Source: an uncultured Pseudomonadota bacterium
Lineage (GTDB): Bacteria; Pseudomonadota; Alphaproteobacteria; Rs-D84
Assembly: GCA_902771095.1 (NCBI GenBank)
Contig: CACXVH010000001.1
Span: 12,197 to 76,196, forward strand
Direction of reading: 5' to 3'
DNA: 64,000 nucleotides
Under the pieces are notes generated by a model. It was not told the origin of the DNA. It was given only the letters and a program-made list of their open reading frames with translations, and ran no database searches. Below, piece after piece: positions 19,190 to 29,194 of this stretch. The translations under genes and the position numbers were made by a program. Numbering within the stretch: the first letter of the stretch is position 1; each line of letters opens with the position of its first letter.

Positions 19190-20053
19190 TTATAAATCCT
19201 TTATTCCATTATGTGCCAATGGATGTGCGCTTTCCACTGTGTCTTTTAATTTTTCTGGTAAAACATGAGTGTATATTTGTGTTGTGGAAATATCTTCGTG
19301 TCCCAGCATCGTCTGTATCACGCGTAAATTCGCCCCGCCTGCCAATAAATGTGATGCAAAAGAATGACGCAGAACGTGTGGCGAAACGCGTGATGGTTCA
19401 ATACCCGCCAATACAGCGCACTTTTTTAATATCTTGAAAAAGCCATCACGGGTTATATGTCCGGTTTGCGAATTTGATGGAAAGACATATTTCGAATCGT
19501 TATCGCCACGAAGTTCTAGCCATTTGTGTAATGCATGTTGCGCCGCTTCGTGCATGGGGACCAATCTTTCTTTGGCGCCTTTGCCATGTATCAATAATTT
19601 ATCGCCCAAATTTGCAGAAAGTGGTAATTCGCATAATTCAGATACGCGCAGTCCAGATGCATACAATAATTCCAGCATACATTTTAATCGAACCGATGTT
19701 TTTATATCCCCAGATGAAGATATCAATAATTCTATTTCTTCGGGTGATAAATATTTAGGTAGTGTGCGCCCGCGTTTTGGTAATTCCAAATTAGCAGTTG
19801 GATTTTTTGTTATGATTTTTTCCAACATTAAAAATTTGTAAAATGTGCGAAGTGCGCTGGCTTTGCGTGAAATAGATGATGGTTTATCTGGCAAATGTGA
19901 TAAATAATTTTGGATGTCATCAGCAGTTGCGCTTAATAAGTCGCCGATTTCATCTTCTGCATGATGCAAGTCAGATGCATACGCGCTTAGTGTCTTTTGA
20001 CTGCGACCCTTTTCTGCGGACAATGCCTCTAAAAATATTTCTATGTATTTCAT
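19190..20053 (-). CDS. xerD: Tyrosine site-specific recombinase XerD/XerC
   Basis: 287 aa. Catalytic R..HxxR..Y signature (LRHSFASHLL; IYTHV). N-terminal core-binding domain. Confidence 0.8.
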   Translation of the reverse strand: MKYIEIFLEALSAEKGRSQKTLSAYASDLHHAEDEIGDLLSATADDIQNYLSHLPDKPSSISRKASALRTFYKFLMLEKIITKNPTANLELPKRGRTLPKYLSPEEIELLISSSGDIKTSVRLKCMLELLYASGLRVSELCELPLSANLGDKLLIHGKGAKERLVPMHEAAQHALHKWLELRGDNDSKYVFPSNSQTGHITRDGFFKILKKCAVLAGIEPSRVSPHVLRHSFASHLLAGGANLRVIQTMLGHEDISTTQIYTHVLPEKLKDTVESAHPLAHNGIKDL

Positions 20054-20188
20054 GGATAAAGAACTACTTCGTTAAATTCAGGATTTGGCGCAAATGATAT
20101 TATCATCAATATTAACAATATGATTGCAATACCCCATATAATATATTTTTTATTACTTGTTTTTTTACGCAGTGGCATATTGTTCCCC

Positions 20189-21256
20189 CTATATTGTGTC
20201 AAAACTGGTTATGAACATACATGATCCAGCAATAATTATTATTTGTGGTGCAATGATTGCTATTAATGGTGGCAATGTTCCAGTATTCCCCAGCGCATTA
20301 AATAAATTCACAATGAAATAAAGCGCAAAACATGTTAATATCCCCAAACTGAATTTTAATCCAAAAGTATAATTACGACGTTGTCTTGTCTGTGAAAACG
20401 CGATTCCCAATGCAACCATTGCCATCATATTAAGCGGCAAGAAAAATAATGTCCAGAATTGCACCAAATGCCCCCGTGTCGGAACACCGATACCCTTCAT
20501 CTTTTGTATAAAGCCCGGCAATTTCCAGAAAGAAATTTGATCTGGTTGTAAATATCTGTCCAGAACAGTTGTTGGGGTTAATTTTGTGTTTATATGAGAA
20601 GGTTCTTTTTTTGTGACACCATCAGCAGTCGTAACATCAGCCATTTCAGTATCAAATCCCCATTCAGATAATGTCGCAGATTGTGCAAATACCTGCTTTT
20701 GTAATTTGAATGTGTTGTCTTGTAACAGTATTGTTATATTATCAAAAATAACATCTTTGTTTTTTGCTATGTGTAACCCTTCGGCACGGGCAGTCAAAAT
20801 CCCATCGTTAGTTTTCTCACGAAGCCATATTGCGCTGTCTATCAGTTTCAATTGATGGTTTGTTAAGTTTTTAGTTGTCAAATTTACAGAATAAGGATTT
20901 ATAACACATGATGCAAAAAGTCCGATTATAAATGCGCCAAACAAAAATGGACGCGATATTTGAAAAGGTGATAGCCCGGTTCCAGATGCAATTATCAGTT
21001 CTGAAGATTTAGTCAAATTATAAAACGCAACCAATGTCCCCATAAATACAGCCAACGGCAAAAACATTGGAATATATTCCAATAATCGCAGCCATGAATC
21101 AACAAGGGTAGATATTGCGTCTGGATTCGCAGAAAGTCGTTCTACAAATGTGACGGCAAAAATCACACCGCACACAGTTAACATTACCAAAAAGAAACTG
21201 GCAAAAAAACGGCGCAGTAGGAATAATGTCAAAACTTTCGGTTTTAATCTTATCAT
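20189..21256 (-). CDS. LPS export permease, LptF/LptG (YjgP/YjgQ) family
   Basis: 355 aa. Six-TM permease with a periplasmic beta-jellyroll-like insert between TM3 and TM4, typical of LptF/G. Confidence 0.7.
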   Translation of the reverse strand: MIRLKPKVLTLFLLRRFFASFFLVMLTVCGVIFAVTFVERLSANPDAISTLVDSWLRLLEYIPMFLPLAVFMGTLVAFYNLTKSSELIIASGTGLSPFQISRPFLFGAFIIGLFASCVINPYSVNLTTKNLTNHQLKLIDSAIWLREKTNDGILTARAEGLHIAKNKDVIFDNITILLQDNTFKLQKQVFAQSATLSEWGFDTEMADVTTADGVTKKEPSHINTKLTPTTVLDRYLQPDQISFWKLPGFIQKMKGIGVPTRGHLVQFWTLFFLPLNMMAMVALGIAFSQTRQRRNYTFGLKFSLGILTCFALYFIVNLFNALGNTGTLPPLIAIIAPQIIIIAGSCMFITSFDTI

Positions 21257-21331
21257 AAGTTACAGTATAATCGTTTCAAATCGTAATTGCAAAATTAAAA
21301 TTAATGTTATATTGTTAAGCAAAACATTAAG

Positions 21332-21811
21332 GTGATAGTTATGGAAAAGAAACCAATTTCGCGTCAGGGATTTGATACACTGTTGCGCGAATTAAAAGAT
21401 TTAAAAGAAAATCAAAGACCCGAAATATTAAAGGTTGTTCAATGGGCGCGTTCCCTTGGCGATTTGTCTGAAAATGCAGATTATAGCGCTGCCAAAGAAA
21501 AACAGCGCCAAATTGATAAAAGAATTCAATTTATAGAATCTACCATAGAAAATGCCCAGGTCATAGATATTGATTCGCTTTCTGGGAATCGTGTTGTCTT
21601 TGGGGCAAAGGTTATTACAGAAGATGAAGACGGTAATAAAATGGAATGCAGAATTTTATCAGATATAGAATCTGATGGAAAAATGATTATATCATGCAGT
21701 TCGCCTGTGGGGCGCGCTTTGATTGGGCATTGTGTTGGTGATACTTGTACGGTGCGTCTTCCCAGTGGTGAAAAAGAATTTGAGATAATTGATGTAAGTT
21801 TCAAGGATTAA
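21332..21811 (+). CDS. greA: Transcription elongation factor GreA
   Basis: N-terminal coiled-coil with conserved acidic residues (DLSENADY) and a C-terminal FKBP-like domain. The likely start is MEKKP at 21341. Confidence 0.9.
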   Translation: MIVMEKKPISRQGFDTLLRELKDLKENQRPEILKVVQWARSLGDLSENADYSAAKEKQRQIDKRIQFIESTIENAQVIDIDSLSGNRVVFGAKVITEDEDGNKMECRILSDIESDGKMIISCSSPVGRALIGHCVGDTCTVRLPSGEKEFEIIDVSFKD

Positions 21812-21812
21812 A

Positions 21813-23549
21813 ATGTCTATTCGCGTTTTGCCAGATTTTTTGATAAATCAAATTGCTGCGGGCGAAGTGGTTGAAAAGCCAGCAAGTGTTGTCAAAGAAT
21901 TGGTTGAAAATGCGCTGGATGCTGGTGCGGACCAAATAATGGTGGATGTTGTTGATGGCGGTCGTACAATGATATCTGTGATTGATAATGGTCGCGGTAT
22001 GAATAGGGAAGATTTGGCAAATTGTGTTTTGCGCCATGCGACATCTAAATTACCAGACGATGATTTGTTGAATATAAATTTTATGGGTTTTCGGGGTGAG
22101 GCATTGCCATCGATTGCATCTGTGTCAGATATGACAATTGATACTTTTCATGACGGGGCGCCAAATGGTTTGCAATTAAATGTTGATACAATGGAAATAA
22201 AACCGTCTGATTGGGAAAACGGAACAAGAATAAGGGTTGCAAATTTATTCGCAAAAACCCCGGCGCGATTAAAATTTTTACATACGGACAGGGCAGAGAT
22301 GTTGTCGGTTGTTGATACTGTAAAACGGCTTGCCATGGCGCGCGTGGATGTTGGGTTTGTTTTGAATAACAAATGGCGGTTTCCAAAAAATCAAGATTTA
22401 CTAGAACGCATAATTTCCATTATGGGTATCGAGGTTCGCGGTAAAATGTTGCCGGTGGATGCAACTTCGTCTTCATCAGATATGAAATTACATGGATATA
22501 TTTCAAATCCAACATTACGGCGTGCATCATCTATTGACCAATATTTGTTTGTAAATGGTCGACCGGTCAAGGATAAGGTTTTGGTTTCGGCACTTCGCGC
22601 TGCATATATGGATGTTATGCATGCGCGTGAATTTCCGTTATGTGCGCTTTATCTTGAATTGCCGTCACAATATGTTGATGTAAATGTGTCGCCCGCAAAA
22701 ACCGAAGTGCATTTCTTGGAACCAACACATGTGCGTTCTTTTATTATAAAATCTTTGCGTGAAGTATTGTCGAAAACATTAAATCAAAATTTACAAAATA
22801 ATAATATTGAAAAGAATAAAAATTTTGAAATTCCGTTAATACAAACTTTCTTTAATTCGCGCACGCAAGATTCAAATTTGTACGCAAAACATTTTGTATC
22901 TGAACCGTCGCTATACGACGGAAACCGCCGTATAGACAAAATTTATACACCCCAAGAAATTGTTAAACAAGAATCTGAATTTGATTTGCCATTGGGACGT
23001 GTTATTGGCCAATTAAATGACAAATATATTTTGGCAGAAAATGCAAATGGTTTTGTTATTGTTGATCAACATGCCGCACATGAAAGAATTACTTATGAAA
23101 AATTGCGTAAACATGAAATTAAAACACAACCACTATTAACACCGTTGGTTATAAAGTTGCGCAGTGAAGAAGTAGAATCGGTATTGATGATTGCAGATGA
23201 ATTAAAACAATGTGGTTTGCATATTGATAGTTTTGGTGATGGTGCAATTGCGATTTTTGAAAAGCCATCTGATTGGGATTTAAATTGGGAAAAGTGTTTC
23301 AAAGAAATTGCAGACGAAGTTCGCGCAAACGGTCATTCTTCGAAATTACAAGAAAAATTGCATCTTAAATTGGCGAATTTTGCATGTCATCATTCGGTGC
23401 GGGCGGGGCGCAAATTGAATATGGCGGAAATGAACGCGATTTTGCGTGATATCGAACAAACAGAGCGGGGCGGAGAATGCAACCATGGTCGCCCGGTTTA
23501 CCAGGTTATACCGATATCAAAACTGGATGCTTTGTTTGAACGGGGATAA
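21813..23549 (+). CDS. mutL: DNA mismatch repair protein MutL (endonuclease-motif type)
   Basis: 578 aa. GHKL ATPase N-terminus (LVENALDAGA, DNGRGM). C-terminal DQHAAHERITYE (the DQHA(x)2E(x)4E nicking motif) and CNHGRP. Confidence 0.9.
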   Translation: MSIRVLPDFLINQIAAGEVVEKPASVVKELVENALDAGADQIMVDVVDGGRTMISVIDNGRGMNREDLANCVLRHATSKLPDDDLLNINFMGFRGEALPSIASVSDMTIDTFHDGAPNGLQLNVDTMEIKPSDWENGTRIRVANLFAKTPARLKFLHTDRAEMLSVVDTVKRLAMARVDVGFVLNNKWRFPKNQDLLERIISIMGIEVRGKMLPVDATSSSSDMKLHGYISNPTLRRASSIDQYLFVNGRPVKDKVLVSALRAAYMDVMHAREFPLCALYLELPSQYVDVNVSPAKTEVHFLEPTHVRSFIIKSLREVLSKTLNQNLQNNNIEKNKNFEIPLIQTFFNSRTQDSNLYAKHFVSEPSLYDGNRRIDKIYTPQEIVKQESEFDLPLGRVIGQLNDKYILAENANGFVIVDQHAAHERITYEKLRKHEIKTQPLLTPLVIKLRSEEVESVLMIADELKQCGLHIDSFGDGAIAIFEKPSDWDLNWEKCFKEIADEVRANGHSSKLQEKLHLKLANFACHHSVRAGRKLNMAEMNAILRDIEQTERGGECNHGRPVYQVIPISKLDALFERG

Positions 23550-23617
23550 GGCACTTTTTTCTTTACTTATGCTCGTTTTTTTACTAGGGTTTATATATTA
23601 ACTTAAGGAGAATATTC

Positions 23618-23932
23618 ATGAATGAAACAATCGAAGTTGCAAATCAAGTGACGCAAACTGCACCAATGGCTCAACCCCAAGATGGTATGTGGGGTATGGT
23701 TATTTATTGTGTTGTTATAATGGCAATACTTTATTTCTTTATGATACGACCAAATAAAAAACGTATGGCGGAATATCAAAAGATGCTGGATTCTATTAAG
23801 GTTGGCAATCGCGTTTTGGCGGCTGGCATTTATGGAACTGTGAAAAAAATAAATGAAAAAAGTTTAGATGTTGAAATTGCCAAGGGTGTTGTTGTTGAAA
23901 TAAACAAAAATGCTGTTGCAAGTGTTGAATAA
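23618..23932 (+). CDS. yajC: Preprotein translocase subunit YajC
   Basis: 104 aa with one TM helix and a conserved YajC C-terminal block. It sits immediately upstream of secD-secF. Confidence 0.8.
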   Translation: MNETIEVANQVTQTAPMAQPQDGMWGMVIYCVVIMAILYFFMIRPNKKRMAEYQKMLDSIKVGNRVLAAGIYGTVKKINEKSLDVEIAKGVVVEINKNAVASVE

Positions 23933-23955
23933 TATTTTTTTAAGGTTGGGTTATC

Positions 23956-25515
23956 ATGTTTAAAAAATTAGCAATTATTTTTATTTCTTTGTTTGGATGC
24001 TTATTGGCTGTGCCAACTTTGTCGCCTAAATTGGCACCTTATTTTCCATCGTGGATTCAGCCGATTCCGTTGGGGTTAGATTTAAAAGGTGGCGCACAAT
24101 TATTGTTAGAGGTTGATACAGATGTTATGTTAAAAGAAAAATCTGCACAACTTTATGACGAAGTGCGCAGCGCGATGATTGACCGCAACAAAGGTGTTAT
24201 TCGTTTTTCTGATTTGCGTAATACTGGTAAAGAAGTTACTTTGGTCGTTCGTGATGATGGCGAAGTGTCAAAAGCCAAGGGGCGTTTGCGCAGTGTTTTG
24301 GGAAACAATGTTGATGTGTCATCAAGTGGTAAAACTTTGACCATATCTTATACATCCAAGGCGCGTGAAGAATTTATCAATGATGCGATGTCGCGCAGTA
24401 TTGAAATCGTTCGTCGTCGTATTGATGCGCTGGGGACCAAAGAACCTTCAATTCAATCCCAGGGCGGTAAATATATCTTGGTTCAATTGCCAGGTGTAGA
24501 TAATCCAGAACGTATCAAAGAGTTAATTGGAAAAACGGCAAAAATGTCTTTCCATTTGGTTAATGAAAATATCACTAGCGCGCAATTGCAATCTGGACAT
24601 GCACCAAGTGGGACTATGTTTTTGGAATATATGGAAAATCCAGGGCAACTTATTCCTGTGTATTCGCGTGTTGAAGTGTCGGGGGACAGTTTGAAAAATT
24701 CCCAGGCAGATTTTGACCAGAATAATATGCCGGTCGTGACGACTGAATTTGACGCAAGCGGAACACGCAGATTTGCAAAGTTAACGACCGAACATGTCGG
24801 TGAAAGATTCGCAATTGTATTGGATGACAAGGTTTTGTCTGCCCCAACAATTCGTGAACCAATTCCGGGGGGGCGCGGTCAAATCTCTGGTGGGTTTACT
24901 TTACAGGGGGCGAAAGATTTGGCGGTTTTGTTGCGTTCGGGCGCGTTGCCTGCACCATTAGAGGTTATCGAAGAACGCACAGTTGGTGCTGGATTGGGGG
25001 CTGATACAATCGCGACTGGGAAAATTGGTTCGGTTGTAGGTGTAATATTCATATTAGTATTCATGGCGATGATGTATGGAATCTTTGGCTTGTTCGCAGA
25101 TGTCGTTTTGATTGTTAATTTGCTAATGATTGTTGGTGTGTCTGCTTTGTTCGGTGCAACATTAACTTTGCCTGGTATCGCAGGTATCGTGTTGACATTG
25201 GGTATGGCGGTGGACGCAAACATTTTACCTTTTGAAAGAATCAGAGACGAAGTTCGCGAAGGTGTTCCGACATTACGTGCAGTTGATTATGGATTTACAC
25301 GTTCTACCAAGACAGTTATGGACGGTGAATTGACCAATTTAATCTGTGCATTGATTTTGTTCCAGTTTGGGGCAGGTCCGATTCGTGGGTTTGCTGTGAC
25401 ACTGTCTATTGGTGTGGCGACAACATTGTTCACTTGCTTGCTTTTGACACGTGTATTTGTTGATTACTATATGAACGGCAAAAGCAAGAAAATTGGTTAT
25501 ATAAGAATGAAATAA
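23956..25515 (+). CDS. secD: Protein translocase subunit SecD
   Basis: 519 aa. Large periplasmic domain followed by 5 C-terminal TM helices of the SecD/SecF family (GLGADTIATG ... LPGIAGIVLTLGMAVDANIL). Confidence 0.9.
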   Translation: MFKKLAIIFISLFGCLLAVPTLSPKLAPYFPSWIQPIPLGLDLKGGAQLLLEVDTDVMLKEKSAQLYDEVRSAMIDRNKGVIRFSDLRNTGKEVTLVVRDDGEVSKAKGRLRSVLGNNVDVSSSGKTLTISYTSKAREEFINDAMSRSIEIVRRRIDALGTKEPSIQSQGGKYILVQLPGVDNPERIKELIGKTAKMSFHLVNENITSAQLQSGHAPSGTMFLEYMENPGQLIPVYSRVEVSGDSLKNSQADFDQNNMPVVTTEFDASGTRRFAKLTTEHVGERFAIVLDDKVLSAPTIREPIPGGRGQISGGFTLQGAKDLAVLLRSGALPAPLEVIEERTVGAGLGADTIATGKIGSVVGVIFILVFMAMMYGIFGLFADVVLIVNLLMIVGVSALFGATLTLPGIAGIVLTLGMAVDANILPFERIRDEVREGVPTLRAVDYGFTRSTKTVMDGELTNLICALILFQFGAGPIRGFAVTLSIGVATTLFTCLLLTRVFVDYYMNGKSKKIGYIRMK

Positions 25516-25538
25516 AAATGCGTTGAAGGAGTTGTGTT

Positions 25539-26402
25539 ATGAAATTGCATTTTATGAAATATCGTAAATTATCGTATTGGATTTCTGCAATCTGTATTGT
25601 GTTGTCTATATTGTCCATCGTGTTCAAAGGGTTTAATTATGGTATCGACTTTTCTGGCGGTATATCAATGGAGGTTAAGCCAACATCTGCCGAATATACC
25701 ATTGATAAAATGCGTCATGAATTGGCGGAATTTAAACCAGAATTACAGGCGGTTGATGGTGATGCTATTTTGTTGCGTGTCGGTTTGCCAAAGGGTTCTA
25801 CTGACGAACAACAAAACGAACGTGTTGCACAAATTAAAAATATTTTGGGCGATCATGTAACTTATTCCCAGGTTCAAGTTGTTGGACCAAAAATCGGTGG
25901 GGAATTGATTCGTGGTGGTGTTTTGGCGATATTGGTATCGTTTATTATGATGTCTGTGTATATTTGGATTCGTTATCGTGGTGGATATGCGGTTGGGTCT
26001 TTTGTGTCGTTGATATTTGACCTTATCTTGATGTTTGGGTTCTTTTCGATTGCGGGATTGGAATTCAATCAGACAGCGATTGCGGTTATTTTGATGGGGG
26101 TTGGATATTCTGTTAATGATAAAGTTGTGAATTATGACAGAATTGATGAAAACCTTAAAAAATATCACAAAATGCCGGTTAGCGAAGTTATCGATTTATC
26201 TGTGAACGAAATGTTATACAGAACAATTATGACCAGTGTTTCGACTATTTTGGCGATGGTTGGTATTTATATGTTTGGCGGTCAAATGTTGCGTGAATTT
26301 GCGGTTGCGATGACTTTCTCCATCATAAGTGGAACATTAACAAGTATCTATATTTCTAATGTTATTTTGTATCACTTTAATTTGCGGGAAACAGATTATT
26401 AA
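25539..26402 (+). CDS. secF: Protein translocase subunit SecF
   Basis: 287 aa. SecF signature (GIDFSGG ... YSVNDKVV) and 6 TM helices. Confidence 0.9.
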   Translation: MKLHFMKYRKLSYWISAICIVLSILSIVFKGFNYGIDFSGGISMEVKPTSAEYTIDKMRHELAEFKPELQAVDGDAILLRVGLPKGSTDEQQNERVAQIKNILGDHVTYSQVQVVGPKIGGELIRGGVLAILVSFIMMSVYIWIRYRGGYAVGSFVSLIFDLILMFGFFSIAGLEFNQTAIAVILMGVGYSVNDKVVNYDRIDENLKKYHKMPVSEVIDLSVNEMLYRTIMTSVSTILAMVGIYMFGGQMLREFAVAMTFSIISGTLTSIYISNVILYHFNLRETDY

Positions 26403-26440
26403 AGGCAAATTAGACCAAACAAAGGAAAGGAGAGAAAAAT

Positions 26441-27952
26441 ATGAAAATAAAACAAATCTTTTTATTACTTGGTTTGGTCTGTTGGCCATTGTATGTTCAA
26501 TCTGCGACTTTGTTTTATGACAATGTTGAAATTCAAGACGATTTGGATGTTTATGCTGTATCTGATGTTTTTGCAGATATTTATGAAAAACTGGACGGTG
26601 TAAATTGGGCGGGTAAAAACATTGATGTTGCGATTGAAAGTTTGGAAAAATTAAATCCTGATGCGCATATTGCAGCAACTGGGGAAAGGGCTGTTTTGGT
26701 GTGGGGCGATGAATTGATTGCTAATTATCCATATCCAAAAAGTAAAGATTGGAAGGCATATGGTGAATTAACAACTACTTTGTTGTTGCGGATGCGTGAA
26801 AGAGATGCGCGGTTGCGTGCACTGAAAGATGCAGAATTATACCAGGTTGTTGTTAATGCTTTGCTTTCTGGAATTGATCAAAACGGAAATTATATTTATT
26901 CGCGTGATATGTTAAATGGCGATGATTCGCATATTTTAACGAGTTTGGGCTTTGATGGTGGTCGTGATTCGCGTGGCAATTTGCGCGTCACCGGGGTTTA
27001 TAAAGATTCGCCGGCTGATATGGTCGGTATAAGGGAAGGGGACATCGTTTCCGAAATCAATGGCGAACGTGTTGAAAGAATGTCTGACGAAGATATATCT
27101 GGAATATTGGCTGGGTATAATTCTGGCACAGAAAAATTAAAATTATTAACGCCATCTGGAAATAGATATGTGACTTTGCGCCGTGCAACAATTATGATGG
27201 CGGATGCAGATGTTATTTATCGCGCGCCGAACAAAGATGCCAAGGGTGGTATTTTGGAAATAATAATTCATAAAATTTCTGATGGCGCGGTTGACATCGT
27301 GAACGAAGCATTGGCAAAACATAGTGATGTTGCTGGTATTATTTTAGATTTAAGAACTGCCACCGGGGATAATGAAAAATCAGCGGCAAAATTGGCGGGA
27401 TTATTTATGGGACAAAAACCAATTATGCGTGCGATTGAAACGGCTGTGGACGAATTAGAAATTGTTCCGGGGGGCGATGCTGTGACAGGGGTTCCTGTGG
27501 TGGTTGTGATTTCAGATACTACGCGTGGCACAGCAGAGGCGCTGGCGGCATCTTTTAACGAAAACAAACGCGGTGTTTTGATTGGAACACCAACCGCAGG
27601 TCGCGCAAGAATCGCCAGTTTCATAGATTTGAAAAATGGCGGTGTTTTGGAGTTATTGAATAAATCTGTAAAGACCGGATATGGCAAGGTTCTTGATGGG
27701 CGCGGTGTTTTTCCAATTGTATGTTTATCTAATATAAGAAATTCAGAGCAGCAAGAATCTTTTCTTTTGAATGTAATCAATGGAAAATTCAATGCGCACG
27801 ATTATAACAATGATAAAAATGTCGATGTTAATGCCATGCGAAACGCGTGCCCAAAGATTGTAAGCGGAACAGATGAAGACGCCTTGGCGGGCGCGGTAAG
27901 TGTTCAAATATTAACAGATAGCAAGGTCTATGATCAACTAATGGATATATAA
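26441..27952 (+). CDS. C-terminal processing peptidase, S41 family (PDZ domain)
   Basis: 503 aa. Signal peptide, PDZ domain (YKDSPADMVGIREGDIVSEINGE) and an S41 catalytic region (GTAEALAASF; Ser/Lys dyad region). Confidence 0.75.
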   Translation: MKIKQIFLLLGLVCWPLYVQSATLFYDNVEIQDDLDVYAVSDVFADIYEKLDGVNWAGKNIDVAIESLEKLNPDAHIAATGERAVLVWGDELIANYPYPKSKDWKAYGELTTTLLLRMRERDARLRALKDAELYQVVVNALLSGIDQNGNYIYSRDMLNGDDSHILTSLGFDGGRDSRGNLRVTGVYKDSPADMVGIREGDIVSEINGERVERMSDEDISGILAGYNSGTEKLKLLTPSGNRYVTLRRATIMMADADVIYRAPNKDAKGGILEIIIHKISDGAVDIVNEALAKHSDVAGIILDLRTATGDNEKSAAKLAGLFMGQKPIMRAIETAVDELEIVPGGDAVTGVPVVVVISDTTRGTAEALAASFNENKRGVLIGTPTAGRARIASFIDLKNGGVLELLNKSVKTGYGKVLDGRGVFPIVCLSNIRNSEQQESFLLNVINGKFNAHDYNNDKNVDVNAMRNACPKIVSGTDEDALAGAVSVQILTDSKVYDQLMDI

Positions 27953-27953
27953 A

Positions 27954-28637
27954 ATGTTTATAAGAAAAGATAATACTTTGAAATGGAAATGGATTTTATT
28001 TGGCGCGATTTTAACAATTGCGCTGGTGTTGGGATGTGTGTTCGGTTGGGACAAGGATTTATATTCAATTTTACACAATCCACAATGTAACCCGTGGACA
28101 ATGGGTGATGGATTTTGGTGCGGCGTTGCATTTGTATTGGGAAAAATTTTTAGTACAAAAATGTGGTTTGTGGCATCTTTGTTGGCAGTGATAAGTTTCT
28201 TTGTATACAAAGCTGTCACGAATGAAAACGATTTCCGATTCGCTTTTGTAAAGATAAAGAACAGTTATGCTTTCTATTTATTGTGTTCTGTATTGATGGC
28301 GATTTTAACAACCGGTGTATTAAAGGTTTTAATTGGTCGTTCCAGACCCATTATTTACGAGGCATTAGATGCGACTTTCTTTGTCCCTGGGACATTTGAA
28401 AGTGTGTTTAATTCAATGCCGTCTGGACATACAGCGGTCAGTTTTGCCGGTCTTGTTATGATTGGAATGTTGCTTCCGAAAATTAAATGGGCAACATGGA
28501 CCTTGGCAATAATTATTGGTTTGTCGCGTGTTTATATCGGCGCGCATTGGGCGGGTGATGTTATTTTGGGTGCGTTTATCGGAATGTTATGCGCAGATTT
28601 GACCAAGGCATTGTTAAAGAAAATAAATACGAAATAA
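27954..28637 (+). CDS. PAP2-family lipid phosphatase (PgpB/LpxE/LpxF-like)
   Basis: 227 aa. Polytopic membrane protein with PAP2 motifs KxxxxxxRP (KVLIGRSRP), PSGH (MPSGHTA) and SRxxxxxHxxxD (SRVYIGAHWAGD). Confidence 0.75.
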   Translation: MFIRKDNTLKWKWILFGAILTIALVLGCVFGWDKDLYSILHNPQCNPWTMGDGFWCGVAFVLGKIFSTKMWFVASLLAVISFFVYKAVTNENDFRFAFVKIKNSYAFYLLCSVLMAILTTGVLKVLIGRSRPIIYEALDATFFVPGTFESVFNSMPSGHTAVSFAGLVMIGMLLPKIKWATWTLAIIIGLSRVYIGAHWAGDVILGAFIGMLCADLTKALLKKINTK

Positions 28638-28644
28638 AAAAATT

Positions 28645-28810
28645 CTCCCCCAGTGGGGGAGTACCGATGAAGGCGGGGAGGGGGGTGAACCCTCCCCACC
28701 GCAATGCGGTCCCCCCCCCTCCGGTGGAGGGGAATTCACACTCGTCGCGGACTTACATTCTCTCCCTGTGGGGGAGGGAACCACGAAGTGGTGAGGGGGG
28801 TAAAAAACTT
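28645..28810. repeat. GC-rich composite repeat, copy L (short G/C hairpins plus a direct repeat ending GGTGAGGGGGGTAAAAAA)
   Basis: In an AT-rich background there are palindromes CTCCCCC-AGT-GGGGGAG (28645..28661), CCGC-AAT-GCGG, a C9 homopolymer, CCTCC-GGT-GGAGG and CCAC-GAA-GTGG. The 65-bp block 28743..28807 is repeated at 29242..29309. Confidence 0.8.
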
Positions 28811-28846
28811 CTTGCTAGTTATGTTTATTTGTTTTACTTTTTTTGC

Positions 28847-29194
28847 ATGCATAATTATAACGGTAAACTTAAAAAATTAGCGCGCGCAAATCGCAGGGCG
28901 GGAAATTTATCAGAAGCATTGCTTTGGTGTGAATTAAAGAACAGTAAACTAGGGGTAAGTTTTACCAAGCAAAAACCGATTGGGAATTATATTGCTGATT
29001 TTTACTGTGCTGAAAAAAATATGGTTATAGAAATAGACGGTTGGTCGCACGATAATAAATACGAATATGACAAGGTGCGTGATGAATACATGAAAACACT
29101 TGGGATACATGTGTTGAGAATATCTGATATAGATGTAAAACGTGATATGTCAGGGACTCTTGATTGGATAAAGATAAATCTTGATATGTTGTAA
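28847..29194 (+). CDS. DUF559-type endonuclease-domain protein (very-short-patch-repair/Mrr-like restriction fold)
   Basis: 115 aa from the internal ATG at 28847. Motifs match DUF559 proteins (ALLWCELKN ... FTKQKPIGNYIADFYC ... IEIDGWSHD). The track ORF starts at 28589 only because the GC-rich repeat happens to be an open frame. Confidence 0.65.
   Translation: MHNYNGKLKKLARANRRAGNLSEALLWCELKNSKLGVSFTKQKPIGNYIADFYCAEKNMVIEIDGWSHDNKYEYDKVRDEYMKTLGIHVLRISDIDVKRDMSGTLDWIKINLDML

Noticed and set aside
28589-28846. Upstream part of the 201-aa ORF that reads through the GC-rich repeat (…PSGGVPMKAGRGVNPPHRNAVPPPPVEGNS…).
   Set aside because: The Pro/Gly-rich translation is an artefact of an open frame across C/G-rich palindromes. 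It overlaps the PAP2 gene 3' end and lacks an RBS. The DUF559 homology begins at the internal Met at 28847.
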